This document shows, one piece after another, positions 1-12,668 of a DNA stretch of 64,000 bases (the first letter of the stretch is position 1; each line of letters begins with the position of its first letter). The notes under the pieces were generated by a model. That model did not search any database, was not told the DNA's origin, and saw only the letters and a program-made list of their open reading frames with translations. Both the position numbers and the translations under genes were made by a program. Source of the stretch: Trichodelitschia bisporula (taxonomy: Eukaryota); contig ML996702.1 in assembly GCA_010356995.1 (NCBI GenBank), positions 310,001 to 374,000 of the forward strand, read 5' to 3'.

Positions 1-2
1 TA

Positions 3-1076
3 CACAACCCCGCGCTTGCCGCTCTGGCCGCTGGGCCAGCAAACACCGACGCGGCGGCGGACGAGGAGGCCCAGGCGGCGGACGAAGAAGCACAGGAAGA
101 GGCCTGCGCGTTGTACGCCGCCCTCCTCGCCGCGGCCCGCACGTCGTCCACGCTTATCTGCGTCGATATCGACCCGCCCTCCCCGTCTTCGGGACCAGTG
201 GTTAAGGCCCTCGCGCGCCAGGTCGTGGCGTACTGCCTGCGCAATGTGGAGCGGTGCGCGGCGGAAGTCGCAGGCCGCCCGGCTGATGCGCCTGACGTGG
301 CTGTCCCGTCTGTGCTGGCCTATCTCGTCGGCGGCGGTGTGCCGGAGGACGACGACACGCCGGGCGCGGATTACATCGTCGGCGGGACGGGCGTGGTCAA
401 GGCGCTTGCGTACTGCCTGCGGGGCGGGGAGGAGGGCGAATCGAGGCCGGGGACGCCGACGCATGAGGCAAGGGCGAAGGCGGTGAGTGTGAATTTGCTG
501 GATAGTGCGCGGAAGGTGAGGGCGAGACTTAGGCCGGCGTTGATACGTGAGGCGAGGGGCGGGGATGATATGGCATATCGGCGGTTGTTGTTTTTGGAGC
601 ATACGCTTAGGGGGATTATTGGCCGGTTTGAGGATGAGTACCCTGAGTGTCGGGTTGAGGGGCAGGAGGGGCTTGAGCGGATGGAGAGTGGGTTCGAGGG
701 CGATGTTGATATCGGCGGGTTGACGGCGGGTGAGGAGAGTGATGGGAGTGAGGGGCGGAGGCCGATGAGGCGGGGGGATAGCGAGGTTAATCTGCAGGCG
801 AGGAAGTTGGCTGTCGAGGAGGGGCAGATGTTGCGTATGGGGGCCCAGGTAAAGCGTGAGCTTGGGTTGGATGGCGGGGAGGAGGGGAAGCGTGTTAAGG
901 CGCCTGAGGGGGAGGGGGAGGACAGTGAGCAGATTGCCCTGCTGCGGAGTCAGCTTGACAGTTTTCGGGGCGAGGAGATCCGCGAGCATGTCCGGAGGGA
1001 GGGGTGGGAGGCTGCGGCGAGGAGGGTGGGGGAGGTGCTTGAGGGGGCGGGGGTGAGGAGATTTGGGACGGAGTAA
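3..1076 (+). CDS. MHP1: 3' part of an Mhp1-like (MAP-homologous protein 1, LRR-containing) protein; 5' end lies outside the window
   Basis: Frame is open from base 3 to TAA at 1076. The segments 'QEEACALYAALLAAARTSSTLICVDID...VVKALARQVVAYCLRN' and 'YIVGGTGVVKAL' match my recollection of the C-terminal region of Pezizomycotina Mhp1 proteins. Confidence 0.6.
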   Translation, partial: HNPALAALAAGPANTDAAADEEAQAADEEAQEEACALYAALLAAARTSSTLICVDIDPPSPSSGPVVKALARQVVAYCLRNVERCAAEVAGRPADAPDVAVPSVLAYLVGGGVPEDDDTPGADYIVGGTGVVKALAYCLRGGEEGESRPGTPTHEARAKAVSVNLLDSARKVRARLRPALIREARGGDDMAYRRLLFLEHTLRGIIGRFEDEYPECRVEGQEGLERMESGFEGDVDIGGLTAGEESDGSEGRRPMRRGDSEVNLQARKLAVEEGQMLRMGAQVKRELGLDGGEEGKRVKAPEGEGEDSEQIALLRSQLDSFRGEEIREHVRREGWEAAARRVGEVLEGAGVRRFGTE

Positions 1077-1177
1077 GGGTGTTCATTTTGGAGTTTGGTG
1101 TTTTCGAGGGGGGTTCTGATAGCAGGTGGTTTTGCTTTGGGCGCTGCATTGTGTGCGGGCGTTAGGGTATGCTTGTC

Positions 1178-1236
1178 TCGCAGGATATGAAATTGAGTGA
1201 GCTTTCTTCGCAGGATATGGAATTAAGTGACCTTTC
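1178..1236. repeat. Imperfect 30-bp tandem duplication
   Basis: tcgcaggatatgaaattgagtgagctttc (1178) and tcgcaggatatggaattaagtgacctttc (1208). Confidence 0.85.
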
Positions 1237-3329
1237 AAATTGGGGTGTTGAGCGCGTTAAGCCATCTTCTAACGTATAGGCGGGACGTCTATCTCTCCGA
1301 ATGGCCATGTACCCCCCGAGTCTCCCCCGCTGGCAGCCTAACCCCGCGGGCCTAGGGATGCGCTTCGAGCAATCACGAATCGAACATGTGCCAAGAGATG
1401 ATTGATGATTGATGGTAAAAACATGCTTAAACACTGTTCAAAGCCAAGCCCAGCAGTAGTAAGGTAATAGTATCATTAATACACAATGCCAAGCCATATT
1501 TCTGCACTGTTATTCGTCAATATTGGCTTGGCACGTTTAATATACGGTAATATACGTATTTAATCTGGGTGCCTTAGGCTTACAGCTCTTTGAACAGGCC
1601 CCTTGTTCGTGTACTGGTTTCTTTAATGAACACTGAATGTTGTTTAATGGCCGTGTTCGTTGTTTTAACCGCATCCCTACGCGGGCCTTACGAAATCCCT
1701 CGAGGTGTACCCTCCACTACCTCCGGTAATCCCGCCTTTCCCTTCTCCATATCTGCCCTTCCATCTCCGCCCGCCCTAGCTGGCGTTAGGCACCCAGAGA
1801 AACGCAGCGGGACCACGCAGAGCAGACCTCAGCGGTATATGCGCAGAGGGAGAGCGGGTATATTCCGATATCACACAGTCATCAGCCAGCGGATGCATCT
1901 CCGCGCATTATAAGCGCAACCCTCGCACCGCACTCGCATCCGCCCGCTCCCGGCCCACTCCACCGGGCCGCGCCATCGCACTCGGCAAGCCGACACGGCC
2001 CGATCCCCGACGTCGGCCGCAAGGCTGGGCTCACGTCATGCGCACGGCCCTGCCGTCGTTTCGCTTCCCCCTTCGTACTTCGCATATGATGCAGGGCAAA
2101 AGGCTTGGGGCGCGGGTCGCGCGGCTTAAGAGGCTAGTGTGCTTCGCTGCGTCTGCGCACATGCGTGCGCTGCTGGGCTTGTGCCGCTGCGAATTGTGGT
2201 ATGGAAGAGGTTGATCGCAGCGGGTGCGTCATGATCGGCATTCGTGAGCGGGGAATGTGAGCGGCGGACAGAGCGCCGAATTGTCGGCCACCCCTCCCTG
2301 CCCTCGCTCATCATAGGCTATCCCTTCCCCCGCACGCTCGCAACCCTACCCAACGTCCCACCCGCCCGCCCAGCCCTGCGAACGCGGCTCAAGGCTTGCT
2401 TCCTTCCTCCGCTCCTTCCTTCGTTCCAGCGCCAAGTGTAATTTGTAGCCTAGTCTGTGCAACCGCAGCCGCTTCCACAGACAAGGCAAGAGCCACGCAA
2501 GGGAAAGCGCCACTCCCTCACCACTTCCGCTTCCCCACCGCCGGAAATACGTCCGCTTGCAAGGCGGGCCACTTGTCGTAGAGCATACCGCGTTTCCACC
2601 TGCGATCAAAGGACGGTGACTATCCATGCCCCCACCCGCTGCTAGCAATCCCCGCTGCGATCGGCAAAGTGGGTTGATTCTTGCCTTCTCACATCCCGCC
2701 AAGTAGGGATGCTACTACCGTACCGTACAGTAGGCCCGTCGGCGCGGCTTGGCGCATGCAACCCACCCTTCAAGCTCCGGATGCGGCACGTGTGGACCCG
2801 CGGGTCTAGGGAGCTGGAGTACGATTGCTGCGCAGGCTGTGGGGCTGTGAAACAAAGTGTTGTTGTCGGATAGCAGTGCCGTGGATGGATAAAGATCGCT
2901 GGGTGCGGACGTGCGGGAAGTATGCAAAGACAAATTTTGATATTCCGAGACGCTCGATTCGCGTCCGGTGCCATGCTTATGCTTGATCCTTGAGCCCCCT
3001 TCATACCTCGCGAATCAGCCGTGGTGGGATATACACGTCGCACTCCCAGCGCTTGGTACATGTGGGTATATCGCCTGCCGAAATGAGCAAAAAACGACCG
3101 TGATCCTCCATCGAGATATGCGCCAAAAGCAATCAATCTGCGCCGTGTGTCCATCCCATGAAGAAGCCCCCATTCTAGACAGTTGGTATCATGCTTCATG
3201 CATCCGGGCATGAGGGATCAGAGTGCCCGCCTCCAGTCTTCCCTGTCAACCCTCAAGTCGGCCAGCAAAGTAGTGTTTTGAACGCCGATGCGATGCCCCA
3301 TCCCAGCAGACATGACCCATCATCCCATT

Positions 3330-3893
3330 CTAGCATCTTGGCTCTTCCAGCGCATATCCCTCATACCGCCCATCCTTGTGCCTATCTATCCGCGGACTCC
3401 CCCTCTGCGAACCGCCGCGCTCGGAATCACGGCCCTCTTCCCCCTGTCCTTCGCCTGTCTGCACAAAGGCAAAATACCCCTCCTGCTCTTGCCCTAGATC
3501 CAATGGGGTCATGGGCCCGGGTGATCCCGCCGTAGGCAGAAGCCGCGGACTCGACGGCTTGGAACTGACGTGCCGGTAGCCGAGAATCTCTCGGCGGTAC
3601 GCATGGTACTGGCGCTGGTGCGAGCCAGGCGACATGGGCGGAGCCGGAGTGCCATTGTTCGGTGCCGCGGGTGTAGTGGCAAGGCTCGAGTGCGATGAGG
3701 GGAAGTTGGCAGGGTGGAAGCGGGGAAGGGCGGGAAGGCCGAGGCCAGATGGCGTTGGGGCGTTTTGTCGCTTGCTGCGCAGGCCGCCATGTCGTTGATG
3801 GTGCTGTTGCGAAGTGCTTGAGGGCTCCGTAATGGGCGTCAGCGGCGAGATGGGCGTCATGGTGCGCCGGGAGGAGTAGGTGGGCCGAGACAT
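3330..3893 (-). CDS. Ser/Pro-rich hypothetical fungal protein
   Basis: 187-aa ORF from an ATG, with motif-like blocks 'GLGLPALPRFHPANF' and 'KPSSPRLLPTAGSPGPMTPLDL'. The frame stays open upstream, so the start is uncertain. Confidence 0.6.
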   Translation of the reverse strand: MSRPTYSSRRTMTPISPLTPITEPSSTSQQHHQRHGGLRSKRQNAPTPSGLGLPALPRFHPANFPSSHSSLATTPAAPNNGTPAPPMSPGSHQRQYHAYRREILGYRHVSSKPSSPRLLPTAGSPGPMTPLDLGQEQEGYFAFVQTGEGQGEEGRDSERGGSQRGSPRIDRHKDGRYEGYALEEPRC

Positions 3894-6551
3894 GTCGAGA
3901 TCTTCGGGCCGGAGGCGCTTCGGACTAGGTGGTGTTGCTACGCCGGGAGGCGTAAATTGGAATAACGGATCCAGAATGTGCGGGTATGGTCCCTTGATTT
4001 CGGACTGAAGTGCCTTTCGCAGGTGTGGCGATAGATGAGATAGTCTTTCTATGGTGGTGCCGGCACTACACGAGAATGGGAGAAGGAGAGCGGAGGGAAG
4101 CCGAGGGTGAAGACTTCGAGAGAGAAGTAGAAGGCGGGGGGGGTTGACGAGAGTATATACTTCGGATCAGGAGCCACCTGTATGCGTACCAAGCCTGGTG
4201 AGACAGGAAGGAGCAGCGGAGATGTTGGAGGGGTGAATGGACTGCTCTGATAGGAAAGGCCAGGGCGGGGCAGTGCAGCGATAATCGGACGACAAAAGTG
4301 GAGATGGGAAAGAGCGATCGTCGAGGAACCCTTGGATCTTGGACCCTAGATGGGTGCTCCCGTATTTGTAAGGATGAGATTTGTAGGGAAGGTCCGGTGA
4401 ACGCTTTAGCTGGGAAAGGCGTTGCTTGAAGGTGGGGGAGAGAGACGTCGGGACGATTTGGAGATACGGTATTGTCAATTTGGTGAGATGGTAAGATGGT
4501 GATCGATGATGATCCGATGTTCCGATGTGATGTGGCACTGTGACTTGTTTGTTGGGTTAGACTTTTGCGGGAAATGACGACGATAGTGTACCGTGGAGTG
4601 GGGGAAGCTTAAATACGACTTATGGCAATGGTCTGATGAAGGGAGGGGAGTGGAGGGGGACAGGGAGTAATAAATAGCATCGTGAGCCTAATGCGTAACA
4701 GAGTGCCCGAAGAAGACCCATGGAAAGGGAACTCGGCGCCGGTAGAGTCACCCTTTCAACCCACCTGGTCCGTTCCTCTCACCAGCCTCCCCACCATCAT
4801 CGACATCACGACCCCCGCCCCATTCCCACCGTGCCCACCTAGCAACTCACATACGTACTATGTGACCCATGCGCCTGGACGACGACAGCGGACAGCCCTC
4901 CATCACCCTGCCTTAGTTGCGCCACCAAGGAACGAAGCAGGGGACAGTTCGTATGTCCGCATTTGCGCAGAGTACTTCTCCATCGGTCCTGGCCGTGTTC
5001 CCATGTCCAAGGCATTAATGCGGAGGGGTGGTCATAATGGCACCGGTGGGTTAGTGTGGGTTTCGTTGAGCCAGAAGGGAAAAGATGCAGAGAGGTGCTT
5101 TGGAGGCATTTCGTCACCGTCCATCAACCTCGTGCAAGGCCGACATGAAGCCAAGCCCGAAAGGGCCAAGGAAGCGGAGAACAGAAGCGTTTGTTGCCGC
5201 AGGGTCAAAGCCATGGCCCACGATGATGCGCAGCGACGCAATGCGAATGTTCAATATGCCTCTCATGCAATTTTCATTCATCCTCAGTTTCTTTTTTGCG
5301 CAGTTGCTGCGGCCAGATCTCTTGTCTCAAACCAGTGACAGCTCCTGAAAAACCTTACGCCCACCGATCATCCGTGCCGACCACATGCCCCGACGTCGTA
5401 CGAGGCAGAGACATCCCAACCACATGCAGAGAAACCCATATCCATCCACCCGCTGACACACCCAGTCCCCAGACCTCAAGCAACCCTCCGCCCGTATCCA
5501 CAGCCAAAGCCCTCACCACACGCACCCCTATCGTGCATCCCCCGTTACACAGCATCCGCATCTTGTACCACCCCATCTCGCAAATCCAGCCGCCCCTCCT
5601 TTCCACTATCCACGACAGGCGTCGTCCAATGCCCAAACGCCGCCCTGCGCTTGCAGAATCACATGATGCACAGCCCTAGCGCGACCAGACTTCACGATTC
5701 CCGCGTCTGTCGCGATCGCGAACCACACCTCGCGTGGAGCCAAGCTTCGTGCCCGTAGGTTGGTAACGCCATTGACAAATAAAGCCGTAAACGGCGCGGG
5801 GTACCGTTGCACGCTTGAGTGTGTTCGTAACTACGGTATGATCATAGCGCTTCATCTATGGCCGTTGCAATAGTCGTGTTGGCATGCCCCGAGAGGGATG
5901 TTGTACCGTACCGGGGAATAACATCCGGTTAACGTTACACAACCGTTACACAGCCGCAGCATCGGCATGCCGATGCGGGCACCGCATGCTTACTTTTTTT
6001 TGGGCTGCCGATTTAACCCTTAATCACAGCAGTCTGGCCCCATGAGCTGTTGGTCGGTGGGCCGAAGATTCCAGCCGGCCTTAAGAGCCAATTGATTTCG
6101 AGAACCTGGTGGAAGCGCGGCTTGGAGAACCAACTTCCCTTTGGTTGCATCGTCAACCCAGTTTAGTTTCTGTTGCTTTCTAGCGTTAAGGGCTTGTTCG
6201 CAGGTATTCTTGGAGCCATTGAGTTCATGCCGTCATGAACCTATCACGCACGTACATCCGTACGCATTTTGCAGAAGCTGGGAAATGAAGCCCTAGGGCC
6301 GTCGTCCATGTCGATGGGTAGCGCGGCAACTGTTGTCCAGGTAGGCTAGACGGCCTTATGCCAACCCAGACTGTAATTCCACAAGCTTCCTAACATCGTA
6401 CCTCCTCAGAATCAGTTGTTGTACTCCCCGCAATGCGCCGTCCATAGCCCAAAGTCCCATATCCATCTCCATGCTGTAGTCTATCCCAGAGCGCCAAACC
6501 CACGGAACTCCGCCAGGTATCCCCAACGCCTAAAGAATCAACCCAGAAGTC

Positions 6552-7837
6552 CTAGTCTACCTTCGGGTCTAACCAGCACTTGATCCACATGAACTCCCCC
6601 CTCGCCGGGTCCATAACGGCCGCAAAATGCGTCATGTTACTCGCAATAGGATACCTCTCCATATATCCCAGCAACTTCTCCGCCTTCACCGCTCCTCCCT
6701 CCTTCCCCCGCACCGCCCTCTCCCATCGCCTCGTCATGCACGCTTTGCGCTCTGTCGACTCCTCTATAACCTCCTTCATGCCGGGCATTCGGTACAGGAG
6801 CGCATCTCCGCCGCCATCATCATGCTCTGCATCATGGTTCGTGGCGACTACGAACGTGCTGCTGCTGATCTGCACTGCGCTCACGTGGTCCTTCTCAAAC
6901 ACCGTGGTACGCTCTCCCGAGCTGGCGACGATGTAACACGCCGTCGTCTTCATAGCCGGGAAGTTGATCTCGAGGTCTTCGAGCGTCGGCGGCCGCGTCT
7001 CGTGCGTCGCGATGAGTATTTCGCGCAGGCGGGTGGCGATGGATGGGCGTAGCCCAAGAAGAACAGCGAGTTGGTGGCCGTGGTATCTGAGATTTGAGCG
7101 CACGGAGTTGGAATTAGCGTGCGTGCTGCGGAAGTTGAGCGAGAGACTGAGGTCCGGCCTGTCCTATTAGCACAAGTCAAATTCAAAAGAAAAGGCATTA
7201 CGCACCGAACGCCAGTCAACACGCCCACAAACCCAGCATACGTGACACTGCGCGCAACAACCGGTCCATCGGCGCAGCGCACAAACTGCAGCACCACGAC
7301 AACCTCACGTAGGGCCTGCATGTCCCAATCCAGCGTGCGGAAGTGCACCATACGCTCCCCATGCTCGTCCCGTACCCGCGCGCCTCCGCTCGTACATCCC
7401 ATTAACAGGTCCAGCAACGTGTTGAACGCGACGAGTAGCCACATCCCCACGCCGACGACGCGGTCGATGCCCCGCAGCTCGCGTGTCTGCTCCGAGCTGT
7501 GTAGGCGCCGAAGGAGGAGACGTGCGATGCCGCGGATCAGCGAGAGGGGCACCCGGTCGCCGAGCTCGAGGACCAGTTCATCGAAGAGGCTCGCTAGGCC
7601 GCGTAGTTCAGGTGCGAAGGCGGTGGCTACTTCGGTGTAGCGATCTTCGGGCGGGAGGGAGAGATCGATTTTGAAGACGGGCGGGGAGGGGTCTGTTGAG
7701 GTTGGGGGAGGCATCGAGAGACGTCGGCCTGGGTGGGGATCTGGGGCGTGGTTTGGGGGATTCGGTTGGGAGGCGGTCTTCGATTGAGAGCGGAGGCGGA
7801 GGGACCGTCTGAGCGAGGAGGAGGTTGGCGCCGACAT
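6552..7837 (-). CDS. N-acylethanolamine acid amidase / acid ceramidase-like Ntn hydrolase
   Basis: 'IDLSLPPEDRY', nucleophile context 'GCTSGG', 'HFRTLDW', 'YAGFVGVLTGVR'. A 47-nt intron (7205-7159, GTGCGT..CTAAT..CAG) joins 'GVR|PDLSLSLNFR'. Confidence 0.85.
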
Positions 7838-8638
7838 GGTGAGTTGAGGGTTATAACGTCTTCATGTACGCCTTTTGGATGGCATAGCCACGCGACTTTG
7901 CCGGTGAGGCTGGACTGGTGCCTAGAGCTTGTGGAAGGGTAGGTGTAGGGCGTGGGTGGGGGCCAGTGGATGTTAACCAAGGCCAAGGAGCGAGGCAGAC
8001 AATAAAGACAGCCAAGATGTAGTGTGTATGTTGGCGGAGTGAGGTTCACCCGCGAGAGAGATATCGACGATGTTTCGCGACATGGTCTGGGCTGTAACAT
8101 ATGGCGTGGGGGAATCCTTGTCGTTTGTGTGACCCACGGAATTGCGGGGGTGGCGTTCGGCGCATGGCTGCTGAATAAGGTTAGGCCGATAGTGAATCTG
8201 GGTAACTGGATGGGACTTCAATGATGGCGGATGAGTTCAAGTGCTATTGGCGTTTGCGAGATACGATGTGGTGGACCCAGATGCTCCTGCTTAATAAGCG
8301 GCAAGGCTTGAGGGTTCCGAGTTCAAACACTGAACACGCATCACGGAGAGGTGGAACAAGCAACTGAGAAAAACTTTGGTATCCACCGCTGCTTAGTCCT
8401 TAACACTCATTATCTTCAAAGATTTCGACATACACACGTTTCCCACCGCGACCTTGTAGCCGCTTTATGAAGGTCTCTCTTTCCCGTTCTGAGACCTCCA
8501 CCAACTGCCTTCCCCGACTTCTGGCTCCGGGACAGTCCACAAAGCAGAAACGAGGTAACCGTGGCGTGGATGACGGCAAGACTGTGTCTCCGGAGGCCAC
8601 GACGGCAAAGGATGAATCCCCAACACCAGTATTCGGCT

Positions 8639-9644
8639 TCATTTCTCAAACTGGCTTCCTCCGATGGCCAACACAACCACAAAGCTCGCTATGATCAATG
8701 CTGCTGCAATGATCGAAACAATGAGGATGCTGCCTCTGCTCGCAGGGAACTTGCCGCGGATGACATAGTGTTGACTTTCAAAGTAGCGATGAAAGCCGAT
8801 GAAAAGCACCACGATGGATATCCCGATGAATGTACCTCCCAGCGGCTTCCCCACCTGGCGAAGATGGTTCTTCGGATTCGATGCTGAGATGGTAGAGTTG
8901 AGACGGAACAGCTGCGTAATGGCGATTCCAATGCTGGCAAACGAGAGAGACGTGCGGAGCCATGCGAGAAATGTTCGTTCTGCGTGGGTCAGTACAACGC
9001 TCTATGCACATTCTCACGCGAAGAATACCTAACGCCAGATGATCTCTTGCGACACTGCCTTTGTTGTCTAGCTCCACGCTGCCATACTTGTTGACCATCC
9101 GCTTCCACCACGCCTCTCCCGGCGGATCTAGTTCGTCTTCTGGTGAATCGCCGCGCCGCCTTCTCCTCCTCAACCCATCACCTCCGGTTTGGCCCGTTGC
9201 ACCATTACGTGTCGTATCTCCTCCCGTCGCAGCAGTAGCATAGTCCCGTCCACCACCACTCTCAGCTCCCAGAATGCCCGTCCTCTCATCCGCACCGTCC
9301 GTAGCGCCAGGCATATCAGACTCGCGCTTTGCGCGCAGTCCGATTTCGGGGAAAGAAACAGTCTTCGCAAGTTTCCGCAGCGGTCCAGGGTGATGATCGC
9401 GAAGGTCAGAAGCTTCGAACTCTTCAATCCGCGAAACAGTTCTCCGGTCTAGATCCAAAGACGGGGCAGATTCACAGGGGAGTTGGAAGGAAACTGAGCG
9501 AGAGGGTGGCGAGGTCCCGGACGCAGCTTTCAACGAGGCCGGGGCAGATGCAGACGACAAAAACGCCTCATCGCACATCAGTGATGCACGCGCCTGCTCC
9601 CGAGTTGTCGGGTCGGGTGGCCCGCGCTCCGAACGCGGCGCCAT
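8639..9644 (-). CDS. DUF202 (Vtc1/YidH-like) membrane protein with a long disordered N-terminus
   Basis: 'NKGSVARDHLAL|ERTFLAWLRTSLSFASIGIAITQLFRL' after removing intron 9028-8980, followed by hydrophobic helices 'GKPLGGTFIGISIVVLFIGFHRY...GKFPASRGSI'. Start codon uncertain. Confidence 0.85.
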
Positions 9645-10295
9645 GGCCTCTACTTTGGAGAGCCGAAGCGCGACGACTGCGGGGCTGGGGAAGGAAGAAA
9701 TGCAAATGGCCGGCACCGGACTTCCGGGGGAAGCAATTTGAACTACCCGTAGGGCCGGAGCCGGGGCTATGAACGCGCGCCGCCCGGCATTTGTTTGCTG
9801 GGCCGGCTGCGGGATGGTTGCGGGAGAACCGAGTACCAGATCAAAGTAATAAGGTATTGATGTACTGGTAAGGTTAGTCCTTGGCTCGATTTCGTGATGG
9901 CGATAATCATTGACGTGCGCGGTTTCCGCGCAGGTCCAGGGTTGACGTTCAAATCTTGGAGTTCATCACGGGAACCCGAAAGACTGGGGCGGCTTAGGCC
10001 CCTCGCGTCACGAGGCATGCATAAACCTCGCCGGCAGCAGAAAATGCGGTAATCACAGTCAAGAGGATCAATCTCATAGAGTCCATAAGAAGCATGCAAA
10101 GTCTGGTGTGATGCACCTAAGATATCTATTTTTTCGAGTCAAACACATCGTTTGCCGAAACAGCGAGCCCATTACATGCCACCATCTAGTCGCTAGGTAT
10201 CATTTGTCTCCATTCCCTCGTCCATGCTCCCCAGTTGAGAGTCGTACCCATCCGAAAGACCAGATTGGAGTTCCTTCCAGTTGAGTACGAAGCAT

Positions 10296-11955
10296 CTAAG
10301 CATCGTCCGCGCCATCACCACCCTGAAGCTGCTTCGTCGTCTTCCCGGCGCGCCGGCTCTTGATGACGCGTTTGACCGTCTCTTCGACATTGTCCCAGTC
10401 GTCCGTCTTGAGGGGTTCGGGTTTAATACCGAAGTGCTCCGCGATGTCCCTCAACATAAGCCACTGACGCTTGTCTGATACAAGGTTGATGGCAACCCCA
10501 ACGCGACCAAACCGACCAGTGCGACCAATACGGTGAAGGTAGGTCTCGAAGTCGGCCTTGCCGTTGGCCTCGGGAATATCGTAATTGACCACCATGGTAA
10601 CAAGCGACACGTCGATACCACGCGCAAGAACGTTGGTTGTGATGAGCACCTTGGCGGCGCCAGAGCGGAAGCGGTCAATAACGACGTCACGCTCAGATCC
10701 CTCCAAGGCACCGCTCAGATGCGCCACTTGATGACCGTCTGCAACCATACGGCGCTCAATCTCCATAGCAGTATCACGGCGCTAATCTACGTTAGAGGGC
10801 TTGGGAACACCTTAGGAAGTAGTTACCTTGCAGAAGACGATGGATGATGAAATGGTCAGCAGACCATAGAACTTGAGAAGCACATCGTACTTCTCTTCCT
10901 CGCTCTCACAGTCGAAGAAGAACTGCTTTATCCCATCGACGGTGAGCTCGTCACGCTTGAGTGTGATTTTATTGGCTTTTGGAGCGAAAATGTCTGCAAA
11001 CCCCAAGACTTCATCGGGAAATGTGGCTGAGAAGAGGGTGACTTGCACATGGGAGGGAATTGACCTAGGGCTGTGAGGCACGGTAAAACCTTAAGATGCC
11101 TTCAGAAACTTACAGCTTGACCCGCTTGCACTGGTCTCCTAGCCCCTGCTGATCCAGCATGTTGTCGGCTTCGTCAAGCACCAGCACCTTCATATTCGAG
11201 ACGTTTATGATACGTCGCCGAATCATGTCAACGACTGTTCCTGGTGTACCGACGACAATGTGCTGATTGACCCTGCTAGGGCGAGCCGGGTCTGGGACAG
11301 CACAGAACACCTTAAGACCCTCCATCTTCACTGCCATCGACTCGATGACACCAACAATTTGGCGTGCGAGCTCACGACTAGGAGCTAGCACAAGGGCTTG
11401 CGGCTGCTGGAGACTCAGGTCGATGCGGCTGAGAATGTTGATGACGAAGGCGGCAGTCTTTCCGGTTCCGGACTGAGACTGGCCGATGAGGTTTGTGGGA
11501 GGATTGTGCAGCAACAGAGGGAGTGCACGCTCCTGAATCTTGGATGGCTTTTGGAAGTTGAGCCGCAGAAGGCCCTCGAGGATTGGCTGGGAGCTTCTCT
11601 GAGTCAGTTCACGCACATTTTCTCAGCGGATATATGCGTACAGCTTCAGATCTTCAAAGGACTTAATGGAGAAGAGCGGGTTATTCGGATCATGTTGCAG
11701 ATCGGCCAGCGTGACATTCACGTCGTATTCTGGCTCTTCGAGACGATTGCCGAGTGAGCGACCATCGTCGGTGGTCCCATCCTCCGCAGGAACGTCTACG
11801 CTCGTCGACGCCTTGGGCTCACTCGATGTATCGGTACCTTCAACGCTCGTCGACGCCTTGGGTTCAGCACTCGTTGCGTCGGTGCCATCTTTCGCGGGGG
11901 AGTCACGCGTGATGCGACTCTCGAGAGAGGGAGTTGTGGTGGATTCCGAAGCCAT
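10296..11955 (-). CDS. DBP5: DEAD-box RNA helicase Dbp5 (mRNA export)
   Basis: '[19 protein letters not shown]', '[14 protein letters not shown]', '[10 protein letters not shown]', '[16 protein letters not shown]', '[10 protein letters not shown]', '[13 protein letters not shown]'; 3 introns. Confidence 0.97.
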
Positions 11956-12668
11956 TGTGACGGATGGTGATCGGAGGAGGGGCTGAGATACTGAGGTGTT
12001 TTGCAGTACCGTAGAACAACGACGTAGATTTGAAAGAGTGGCGTACTACGTAGGCAGTGCGATTGTCTGGAGCAAACTGTTCAGGCGTTGACGCGGGCTG
12101 GTGCAGGAACGTCTCCAGAAGTAGAGGGATAATAAAGCACAAAAATGAGTTGAGGACGTGTAAAGAGATAGATGAGTGCCGAAGCTTAGAAGTGCGTCAA
12201 AGAGGTTGACGCGGGGTGGGATAGTTTGAGCGTGGATGTGGAGTTGGCTCCCCACACAAAGTTGCTGCAGTTTGCGAAAGTGCAGGCGGCAGAAATGCGT
12301 CTCGCACTAGTCCATTTCCAGAACCGTCAATATCATAGTCATTCCACCCGCAAGAATTATCAGAAAAGGCAGCGATGACTTTTTCAGCTGGCCGTTGACC
12401 GCTGCCCCGCACCTGTCGAACAAGGGAAGCTTGCGCCATGTATCACCAAGACCAACACAACAAGGATGACATCCCGTTTATGCCTGACGCGTTAGTCCCT
12501 TTGGCCTCAGGCATGAAGAATCACGGCTGCATAACGGGCACCCTTCACCTGCGGCGCCTGTGCTGGGCTGATGTCGACGCTCCCCCGGGTAGATTATTCC
12601 ACCTTTATGTTGCGCGCATCGAATCCCCACGACATCTTCGCCCTTCTTTCCCTTGATTTTCTTGCATT

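Noticed and set aside
5959..5976. Perfect 18-bp palindrome GCATCGGCATGCCGATGC
   Set aside because: One such palindrome in 64 kb of GC-rich DNA is plausible by chance, and nothing else supports it.
8280..8340. GTTCAAA B-box-like sequence suggesting a tRNA
   Set aside because: No cloverleaf stems or matching A box.
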